Program-made: the position numbers and the translations under genes
Assembly: GCA_041498715.1 (NCBI GenBank)
Contig: JBGQIW010000002.1
Location: 8,499 to 72,498, forward strand
Length of the DNA: 64,000 bases
Direction: 5' to 3'
Source of the DNA: Gemmatimonadota bacterium
GTDB lineage: Bacteria > Gemmatimonadota > Gemmatimonadetes > Gemmatimonadales > GWC2-71-9
Notes under the pieces: model-generated
What the model was told of the DNA's origin: nothing
The model's database searches: none
The model's input: the letters and a program-made list of their open reading frames with translations, nothing else
Shown here: in pieces, positions 57,228-64,000 of the stretch
How positions within the stretch are numbered: the first letter of the stretch is position 1
Layout: each line of letters opens with the position of its first letter

Positions 57228-57769
57228 TGGGTCATCGCCTCCCGCAGCCGTCCCAGAGCACGCCAGAGACGGGTGCGCACTGCCGGCTCGCGGATGCCAA
57301 GGATGGAGGCGATTTCGCCGTACTCAAGCTCGCTTCCATAGCGGAGGCTCACGACTTCGCGGTCGCGCTCGGCGAGCCCGTCCACGGCCGTGAGCAGCCG
57401 CCGGACCTCCTCCTGGTGGAGCACCCGCTCCTCGGGCGACGGCGCGTCGGAGACGAGGTCGCGGAACGACTCCAGCGGGACCGATCCGCGCCGCCGGTCG
57501 CGGCGGCGGGCGTCCCGGAGCACGTTCTGCGCGATCCGGAAGAGCCAGGCCTTGGGGTTGCCGCGAGCCGGATCGAAGCGCCCGGCCGCGCGCACCGCGC
57601 GCAGGAAGGTCTCCGCCGTGAGCTCCTCGGCGTCGTCCGCCGAGGCGACGTGATAGCGGAGGTACCGGTAGATCCGGGTGCCGAACTCGGTGTACCACTG
57701 CTCGCCCGCGGGGGGGGCGGGGGCAGGGGCGGCATCAGGAGCCCGGGTCGCGGGCGGATTCGGGGTCAT
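57224..57769 (-). CDS. ECF (group IV) sigma-70 factor
   Basis: Region 2 (IYRYLRYHVASADDAEELTAETFLRA) and region 4 (YGEIASILGIREPAVRTRLWRA). The ATG at 57769 is preferred over the track start 57829, which overlaps the acyl-CoA dehydrogenase. Confidence 0.85.
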   Translation of the reverse strand: MTPNPPATRAPDAAPAPAPPAGEQWYTEFGTRIYRYLRYHVASADDAEELTAETFLRAVRAAGRFDPARGNPKAWLFRIAQNVLRDARRRDRRRGSVPLESFRDLVSDAPSPEERVLHQEEVRRLLTAVDGLAERDREVVSLRYGSELEYGEIASILGIREPAVRTRLWRALGRLREAMTQ

Positions 57770-57812
57770 TCCACCCTGATACGACCCACCGCTCCCGCTG
57801 TCACCACTCCGG

Positions 57813-59015
57813 TCAGGCAAAGGCGCCAAGGCCGGTGATGGCCTGTCCCAGGATGAGGGAATGCATGTCGTGGGTGCCCTCGTAGGTATAGACCGACTCG
57901 AGGTTGGCGAGGTGGCGCATCGAGTGGTACTCGGCGAGGATCCCGTTGGCCCCGAGGAGCCGGCGCGCTTCCCGGGCGCACTCGCACGCCATGTCCACGT
58001 TGTTGCGCTTGGCGAGCGAGACCTGCTCGGCCGTCATGGTGCCCAGGTCCTTGAGCCGGCCCAGTTGCAGCACGAGCAGTTGCGCCTTGGTGATCTCGGT
58101 CAGCATGTCGGCAAGCCGTACCTGCTGGATCTGCGTCTGCGCGATCGGCTTCCCGAACATGATCCGGCTCTTCGCGTACCGGACCGCCTCCTCGTAGCAT
58201 GCCATCGCCGCACCGATCGCGCCCCAGGCGATCCCGTAGCGCGCCTGGGTGAGACACATGAGCGGACTCTTGAGCCCACCCGAGTGGGGGAGGATCGCGT
58301 CCTTGGGCAGCCGTACGTCCTCGAGGTGCAGCTCGCTCGTGTCCGAGGCGCGGAGCGACAGCTTTCCCTTTTGGTCCTTCGCCGTGAATCCCTTGGTGTC
58401 GGTCGGAACGATGAAGCCACGGATGGACCGCGGATCCCCGATGTCGCCCGCCTTGGCCCAGATGATCGCGACCGTCGCCTGCGACCCGTTGGTGATCCAC
58501 ATCTTCGTCCCGTTGAGCACCCAGCCGTCCGCCGTTTCCCGCGCGGTCGTAATCATGCCGGCCGGATTCGACCCGAAGTCCGGCTCCGTCAGGCCGAAGC
58601 ACCCGATCTCGTGCCCCGCGGCGAGCGCGGGGAGCCAGTGCTGCTTCTGCTCGGCCGACCCGAAGGCGTAGATCGGGTACATCACCAGCCCGCCCTGGAC
58701 CGAGGCGAACGAGCGGATCCCGCTGTCGCCTCGCTCCAGCTCCTGCATGATCAGACCGTAGGCGACGTTGTTGAGGCCGGTGCAGCCGAACTCCTCCGGC
58801 AGGTTGGCGCCGAAGAGGCCCAGCTCGGCCATCCCGGGGATCAATTCGCGAGGGAAGCGCCCGGTGACGTAGCAGTCGCCGATGATCGGCATCAGGTGCT
58901 CGTCCACCCAGAGCCGCACCGTGTCCCGGACGGCGCGCTCCTCCTCGGAGAGCAGTGAATCTGAGTCGTAGAAGTCCACGCCCGTGAAGCGGACCGTGGA
59001 AGCGGCGGTGGCCAT
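57813..59015 (-). CDS. Acyl-CoA dehydrogenase (glutaryl-CoA dehydrogenase-like)
   Basis: 400 aa with ACAD N, middle and C domains (GLTEPDFGSNP, WITNG, YEGTHDMH). Confidence 0.9.
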   Translation of the reverse strand: MATAASTVRFTGVDFYDSDSLLSEEERAVRDTVRLWVDEHLMPIIGDCYVTGRFPRELIPGMAELGLFGANLPEEFGCTGLNNVAYGLIMQELERGDSGIRSFASVQGGLVMYPIYAFGSAEQKQHWLPALAAGHEIGCFGLTEPDFGSNPAGMITTARETADGWVLNGTKMWITNGSQATVAIIWAKAGDIGDPRSIRGFIVPTDTKGFTAKDQKGKLSLRASDTSELHLEDVRLPKDAILPHSGGLKSPLMCLTQARYGIAWGAIGAAMACYEEAVRYAKSRIMFGKPIAQTQIQQVRLADMLTEITKAQLLVLQLGRLKDLGTMTAEQVSLAKRNNVDMACECAREARRLLGANGILAEYHSMRHLANLESVYTYEGTHDMHSLILGQAITGLGAFA

Positions 59016-59078
59016 CGGGAGCCTCGGGATCGGGTCTGAGATTATGATAGCCGCGAGGCGGAGCGGCGGGCAGGCGGG

Positions 59079-59825
59079 CTAGTCGCGGGAGCGGTGCCCC
59101 AGGAGCTCCGACCGGTGGCGCGCCGCGGAGCCCACGGCCCGCCGCCCCGCCGGCCCGGCCGACGGGCTGACAGCCCGACGCGCCGCCGGGAGCACACCGA
59201 CCTCTCGCGCCTTCTTGCGGAAGGTGGGGCCGTGGTCGATCTGACGCCGGGACTCGGCCTGCCACTGATGGACCATCTCGTGCAGCATGGTGTGCTCCAC
59301 CTCGCTCCACGGGTGGTCGGCGAGGTGGCGGCGGCTCAGCGCGATCTCGATCGGCTGCCCGGTGCGGAGGTCGACGCTCACCTCACCCAGGCGGGTGCGC
59401 ATGCGGCCCGAGAGCCGGATCGGGATCTCGCCGAGCGCGCCGCCGAAGTGCTCCCGGTTAAGCCGCTGGTGCAGCTCCCGCAGCCGGTGGACGAGCGCCA
59501 GGTCGCCGGGGCGGGGCCGCTCGGGCGGCCGCTCCCGGGGTCGGGGCGCGTACAGCTCGACCGGAAACGCGAGGAAAACGAGCTCGGCCCGTCGTCGATC
59601 GACCCGCGAGGCGCGGGGGTCCAGGAAGCGGACGATGGCGGCGAGCACCCGATCGGGCGCGAACACGTAGCCCTGGTGCAACCGGAGCAGCAGCCGCTCG
59701 CTCAGGCTCACCATCACGGTCCGGTTGCGGTGGGTCCGCACGCCGGACATCGGCCGCAGACCCAGCGCGGTCAGCCGACGGGCGAGAACCTCGTCCGGAC
59801 CGTCCAGCAACGAGACCGACCCCAC
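59079..59825 (-). CDS. SprT-like zinc metalloprotease domain protein
   Basis: HTMLHEMVHQW (HExxH) preceded by an SprT-like region (LNREHFGGAL...IRLSGRMRTRLG). GTG start at 59825 inferred. The remainder of the 545-aa track ORF overlaps the next gene out of frame. Confidence 0.6.
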   Translation of the reverse strand: MGSVSLLDGPDEVLARRLTALGLRPMSGVRTHRNRTVMVSLSERLLLRLHQGYVFAPDRVLAAIVRFLDPRASRVDRRRAELVFLAFPVELYAPRPRERPPERPRPGDLALVHRLRELHQRLNREHFGGALGEIPIRLSGRMRTRLGEVSVDLRTGQPIEIALSRRHLADHPWSEVEHTMLHEMVHQWQAESRRQIDHGPTFRKKAREVGVLPAARRAVSPSAGPAGRRAVGSAARHRSELLGHRSRD

Positions 59826-60679
59826 TACATCCCTCCCGCTTCGGAGACGACCGGCTCCGGGGCGTCGCGGCGCGCGAAGCTGAACCGGTCGGACTCGCGG
59901 AACTCCTCCTCCGCCGCCTCCCAGCGGTAGTGCTGGACGTGGACGACGAAGGGCTCGATCCGCACAACGTTGAACACCGACGGACGTCCCCGGCGCGAGC
60001 GGAAGCTGTGGGTGCCCGATGTGCTCACCGTGATGGCGTCCACCTGCCCGGCCCCCTCCTGATGATCGTGGCCGCAGAGGACCACGTCCACGCCGGTCTC
60101 GATCAGGCGGCGTTGAGCGGAGCGCCACCAGGCGAGGCCCATCCGCCGGGAAATGGCCCCCGGCAGGATGTTGTGGTGGATGACGAGGACGCGGGCGGCT
60201 TCCGCCGGCGCCCTGGCGAACACCTTCTTCACCCGGTTGGTCTCCGATCGCGGCAGATGTCCCTTGACCGCGACGTCCCGCAGGTTCCACGTAAGCGAGC
60301 CCAGTGCCACGCCGTAGCTGCTCAGCGCCCCGGCGATGACGGCGCCCGGGATCTCGAGCACCGGGCGCAGGTCGCCGAAGTACTGCAGGTACTTCTCGTA
60401 CTTGACCCGAGTGCCCCGGATGCCGAGCGGACTCTTCCACCACTCGATATCGTGGTTCCCGGGAATCACGAGCGTCGGCGCATGCTCCCGAAGCCGCTGA
60501 ACGAAGACCAGCGCCCGCTGGAACTCCCCGTGTCGGGCGCGCTGGGTGAGATCGCCGGAGATCACGATCGCCTGCGCTCCCAGCGTCGGGACGAAGCGCT
60601 CCAGTGCCTCCACCTGCGCCAGGTCGGCGAGCCCGCCGAAGTGGAGGTCCGACAGGTGGACGAGTGAGACGTCGGTCAC
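59825..60679 (-). CDS. Calcineurin-like metallophosphoesterase
   Basis: LSDLHFG, SGDLT, GNHD, IHHN and CGHDH motifs in canonical order. Confidence 0.8.
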   Translation of the reverse strand: MTDVSLVHLSDLHFGGLADLAQVEALERFVPTLGAQAIVISGDLTQRARHGEFQRALVFVQRLREHAPTLVIPGNHDIEWWKSPLGIRGTRVKYEKYLQYFGDLRPVLEIPGAVIAGALSSYGVALGSLTWNLRDVAVKGHLPRSETNRVKKVFARAPAEAARVLVIHHNILPGAISRRMGLAWWRSAQRRLIETGVDVVLCGHDHQEGAGQVDAITVSTSGTHSFRSRRGRPSVFNVVRIEPFVVHVQHYRWEAAEEEFRESDRFSFARRDAPEPVVSEAGGM

Positions 60680-62055
60680 CAGAGCGCGCGGATCCGGTAC
60701 GTGAGCTTCGCCTCACCCCGGGCCGGCACCGGGACCCGGAAGCGGGTGACGGTGGAGGAGATCTTCTCCGCCGGTACGGAGCTCGTCAGCACCGACCACT
60801 CCCCGGCCCGCTCTTCCCGGACTTCGATCGTCGCGGCGGAGTCGCTCGCGTTGGTGAGCGTCACGGCATAATCCGCCGTCGCGACCGTGCGCCATCCGTT
60901 CGCGTGCGTGCTGTCCCGCCGGGTGCTGTACGCGGTCTGCACCCGGCGCGCGGTCAGGTCGAACGCCGTCCCGGCCGCGACCCGGACGTCCTCGCCCGGT
61001 GCGGTGTGCCGGACGGACGCCTCGCCCACGAGCTGGAGCCGGCCGGCGCTGTCCGCCTGGAAGAGGCGCATCACGCCGGCGGGGAGCGGCCGGTCGCCGA
61101 AGCTCGTCTTCCGGGCGCGCTTGAGGGTGTAGCTCACCTCGACCGGGACGTCGGTCTCGTCGCCCTGCTGGGGGATGAACCCGAAGTAGGGCAGCTGGCC
61201 CCGGACCACGTAGGCCCGCTCGTAGGGCGCGCTCGCGGGCTCGAAGAGGGCGACGGACGTGGTGGTGCCGGGCTCGAGCGAAATCCGGCCGGGGAGCGTG
61301 TACAGGTGGAACTCGCCGACCCGCTCCTCCGAGGGCGCAACGCTCTCGGAGAGGGCGACCTTCCCCAGGGCCATCCGGTCCATCACGGCGCGCGGCGCGG
61401 CTGGTGGCGCCGCCCGGCTCACGGCGCCCGCGAGCAGCTGGATCTCGGCGTCGCGCGCCCGGAGCGCCTGGGAGCCGAGCACCGCAGTGCCGGTGACGCG
61501 TGCGCTGGCGCGGCCCAGCACGGCCTGATAGCTCGCCTGCCAGTCTGCGCCGCCGGTGAAGTAGCCCACCTTGAGGTCCTTCCGAGCCGCGTCGCTCTTG
61601 AGTGTCACCCGCGACACCGGCTCGAGCGCGACGACGTCGGCCGGAAGAGCCGGCTGGCCCGGGCGGCCGAAGACGATGCGCCCGTCCGCCAGGCGGAAGC
61701 GCTCGGGATCGACGCCCACGACCGTGGCGCTCAGCGTGTCCCGGCCGTTGCGGAAGACGATCGTCTGACCCAGGGCCCGGCGGATGGCGCTCGCCTCGTC
61801 GGCGGCGCCGTCGTAGGCGGCCGCGGTGATGGTGACGCCCGAGTCGAGCGCGAAGAGCGTGGCGGGGTCGAGCGCGCCCAGCGCGAGCCGCTGCTCCGAC
61901 GTTCCCCGGGGGACGGGCGTGATCAGCGTCCGGCGGACCAGGACCCGCCCGTCGTTGTAGATCGTGAGGCTCGTCTCCTGGGCCTCGAGCCGCGCGACCG
62001 GCGCAAGAGCGAACCCGGTGAGGACGAGCGCCGTGCAGAGCGAAGGCATTTTCAT
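60676..62055 (-). CDS. DUF4139-like secreted protein
   Basis: Signal peptide [26 protein letters not shown], then LTIYNDG..., GADWQASY and a C-terminal beta-rich region resembling DUF4139. 4-nt overlaps at both ends. Confidence 0.55.
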   Translation of the reverse strand: MKMPSLCTALVLTGFALAPVARLEAQETSLTIYNDGRVLVRRTLITPVPRGTSEQRLALGALDPATLFALDSGVTITAAAYDGAADEASAIRRALGQTIVFRNGRDTLSATVVGVDPERFRLADGRIVFGRPGQPALPADVVALEPVSRVTLKSDAARKDLKVGYFTGGADWQASYQAVLGRASARVTGTAVLGSQALRARDAEIQLLAGAVSRAAPPAAPRAVMDRMALGKVALSESVAPSEERVGEFHLYTLPGRISLEPGTTTSVALFEPASAPYERAYVVRGQLPYFGFIPQQGDETDVPVEVSYTLKRARKTSFGDRPLPAGVMRLFQADSAGRLQLVGEASVRHTAPGEDVRVAAGTAFDLTARRVQTAYSTRRDSTHANGWRTVATADYAVTLTNASDSAATIEVREERAGEWSVLTSSVPAEKISSTVTRFRVPVPARGEAKLTYRIRALW

Positions 62056-62345
62056 TGGGGCAGGAACTCCATGGCCAGCCTGGTGGCGATGCGGCGCACG
62101 ATCAGATACGTGGCCACCACGGCGATACCGGCGTAGAAGCGGGCGGAGGGCTCCGCCGGGAGCCGGAGCATCACGTAGAGGCCCGTCACGGCCGTCGCGG
62201 CGAGGGCCACCCGGCTCGACAACCGGCGCGCCCGCGCCTCGCGCTCCCAGCGGCACTCGGGGCAGAGCGCGGTCCACGCGAGACCCGGCACCCGCCGTCC
62301 GCACTTCGCGCATGGGACCTCAGGCAACCCGCTTCGCAACGGCAT
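62052..62345 (-). CDS. Small zinc-ribbon membrane protein (hypothetical)
   Basis: CAKCG...CPEC four-Cys pattern followed by two hydrophobic helices. ATGA overlap with the downstream gene. Start uncertain: the ATG at 62345 overlaps the icd 3' end by 26 nt. Confidence 0.4.
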   Translation of the reverse strand: MPLRSGLPEVPCAKCGRRVPGLAWTALCPECRWEREARARRLSSRVALAATAVTGLYVMLRLPAEPSARFYAGIAVVATYLIVRRIATRLAMEFLPQ

Positions 62346-63336
62346 CGCCGAACTCCTGCGTGCTCGCCGTCCCGCCGAGGTCGCGGGTGCGGATGTTCTG
62401 CCGGACGATCACGTGCTCGACCGCCTCACGGATGCGCCGGGCCCGGTCCAGCTCGCCCACATGGTCGAGCATCATGGCGGCGGCGAAGATCTGGGCCGAG
62501 GGATTGGCGATCCCCTTGCCTGCGATGTCCGGGGCGCTCCCGTGCACGGCCTCGAAGATCGCGGCCCGGGTTCCGATGTTGGCGCCCGGCGCGAGCCCCA
62601 GCCCGCCGACGAGGCCGGAGACCTCGTCGCTCAGGATGTCACCGAACATGTTGGTCGTGACCATGACGTCGAACTGCTCCGGCCGCATCACCAGCTGCAT
62701 GGCGCAGTTGTCTACGATCATGTCGGTCGCCACCACCCTTCCCTCGTATTCCTTCGCGACAGCCTGCCCCACTTCGAGAAACAGACCGCTCACCATCTTG
62801 AGGATGTTCGCCTTGTGCACGATGGTGACCTTCTTCCGGCCGTGGCGCACCGCGTACTCGAAGGCGTAGCGCACGATCCGCTCGCACCCCACCCGAGTCA
62901 CGATCGCCATCGACTCGCCCACGGCGCGGGGGTCGTTACCCACCTGCACGAAATGCTCGACGCCGATGTAGAGGCCCTCGAGGTTCTCCCGCACCAGCAC
63001 GATGTCCACATCGGAGAACCGGCCGCCGGGCACGATGGTCTTGGCCGGTCGGACGTTGGCGAACAGCTCGAACTCCTTCCGGAGCCCCACGTTCACCGAG
63101 CGGAAGCCGGTGCCGACCGGCGTCGCGAGCGGGCCCTTGAGCGCGAGCCCGTTCTTCCGGATGCTCGCGACGGTCGCGTCGGGGAGCGGCGTGCCGGTGG
63201 CATCGACCGCGGCGACGCCCGCCAGCTCCTCGTCCCAGCCGAACCGGAGCCCGGTCGCCTCCAGCACCTTCACGGTCTGGGCAGTGATCTCGGGACCGAT
63301 CCCGTCGCCGGGGATCAGGGTGACGTCGTACGTCAT
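62320..63336 (-). CDS. icd: Isocitrate/isopropylmalate dehydrogenase family (NAD-IDH-like)
   Basis: 338 aa. [42 protein letters not shown] and GSAPDIAG motifs. Substrate not certain. Confidence 0.85.
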   Translation of the reverse strand: MTYDVTLIPGDGIGPEITAQTVKVLEATGLRFGWDEELAGVAAVDATGTPLPDATVASIRKNGLALKGPLATPVGTGFRSVNVGLRKEFELFANVRPAKTIVPGGRFSDVDIVLVRENLEGLYIGVEHFVQVGNDPRAVGESMAIVTRVGCERIVRYAFEYAVRHGRKKVTIVHKANILKMVSGLFLEVGQAVAKEYEGRVVATDMIVDNCAMQLVMRPEQFDVMVTTNMFGDILSDEVSGLVGGLGLAPGANIGTRAAIFEAVHGSAPDIAGKGIANPSAQIFAAAMMLDHVGELDRARRIREAVEHVIVRQNIRTRDLGGTASTQEFGDAVAKRVA

Positions 63337-63965
63337 GGACCGGTGGTCGCCGCCGGCAGAACGGCCGAGACCGCGGCGGCGAGCGCGTCGCCCGGCGTGG
63401 TCCCGCTGCCGTAGGTGGCCGAGCGCCAGACGACGATGCCCGAGCGGGTGTCGGCGAGCGCGAGCGACAAATCGGCCCGAAATCCGCCGGCCGGATCCCG
63501 GGTGAAGCCGAGCGCGGCGGGCACCATGGCGAAGCGGCCGCCGCTGATGGCCGTGAGGCTCCGGAGCGAGCTCCGGAGCGGATCCGGCACTTTGGTGAGC
63601 TTCGGCGCCCGCAGAATCGCCTGACCCATCTGATCGGGGTCGGGCACCATGCCGGGATTCCGGTGCGCCAGCTGCCGCAGCCGGCGCGCCGGCACCCAGT
63701 TCACCTCGGGCGCGCGGCCCTGGAACTCCTCGCCCACGACGGAATCGGCCCAGAGCAAAAGCTGCCGCCGGTCGCCCAGGGCTACCAGTGAGCTGTCGCC
63801 CCGCACCGTCGGGTCGGCCACCACGAGCGTCACCGGCAGCAACGCAACCGATTCGCCCGAGAGTGCCTCGGTTACGAGACCGCGGGGCGGCGGCCGGGTC
63901 GGTGCCTGGGCGGCGGCGACGCTCGTTCGAGCCGCGAGCGTGAGCGCGGCGAAGGCGAGACGCAC
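63333..63965 (-). CDS. Secreted hypothetical protein
   Basis: Signal peptide MRLAFAALTLAARTSVAAAQA. ATGA overlap with icd. No recognisable family. Confidence 0.4.
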   Translation of the reverse strand: MRLAFAALTLAARTSVAAAQAPTRPPPRGLVTEALSGESVALLPVTLVVADPTVRGDSSLVALGDRRQLLLWADSVVGEEFQGRAPEVNWVPARRLRQLAHRNPGMVPDPDQMGQAILRAPKLTKVPDPLRSSLRSLTAISGGRFAMVPAALGFTRDPAGGFRADLSLALADTRSGIVVWRSATYGSGTTPGDALAAAVSAVLPAATTGP

Positions 63966-64000
63966 GGCGTGGGCTCGAGTGGTGATGGGACCGGGACCGG

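Noticed and set aside
59079-60716. Single 545-aa ORF spanning the SprT-like region and the next gene.
   Set aside because: The upstream two-thirds is Arg/Gly/Pro-rich and overlaps, out of frame, a metallophosphoesterase gene with all canonical motifs. Only the C-terminal part of about 248 aa looks genuine.

Overview
Very GC-rich bacterial chromosomal segment with strong GC3 bias. The standard bacterial code applies: TGA, TAG and TAA all act as stops, and ATG, GTG and TTG as starts. GC content was judged by eye, not computed. About 65 tightly packed genes sit on both strands, and many neighbours overlap by 4 nt (ATGA, GTGA or TTGA), which suggests translational coupling. Content is mostly core metabolism: glmS-glmM; purD; mutM; a late quinone operon (ubiE/menG, ubiD, ubiA, ubiX); a Mrp/NifU Fe-S pair; guaB between two APC permeases; gpmI; a molybdenum-cofactor cluster (fdhD, mobA, mobB, moeA); htpX-terC; a lysine/DAP cluster (M20 peptidase, asd, lysC, dapB, dapA, dapD); an electron-transfer-flavoprotein block (ETF-QO, etfBA, TetR, glutaryl-CoA dehydrogenase); and icd. 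There are also two ECF sigma modules, an FHA-GAF-cyclase and an HD-GYP response regulator. No tRNA, rRNA, CRISPR array, transposase or integrase was recognised. I did not find a clear-cut new multi-gene system. The points most worth a second look are: (1) asd is interrupted by one in-frame TGA inside an otherwise intact operon; (2) a family of long hairpins built from GTGAACN heptads, three copies, two of them bracketing a permease gene; (3) a second palindromic repeat family (CACAGAGGCAC), two copies; (4) a perfect GGGGGAGC x5 tandem repeat in the etfB/tetR divergent region; (5) a near-consensus promoter, a GC-rich leader and a strong intrinsic terminator just upstream of htpX; (6) several conserved-unknown genes coupled to known pathways (YfcE-like phosphoesterase with ubiX, DUF4286 with moeA, and a Zn-ribbon/DUF4139/phosphoesterase/SprT chain behind icd). 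Most long alternate-frame ORFs in the track are GC-composition artefacts. Start codons were chosen by homology-like N-termini and overlaps, and several are uncertain.
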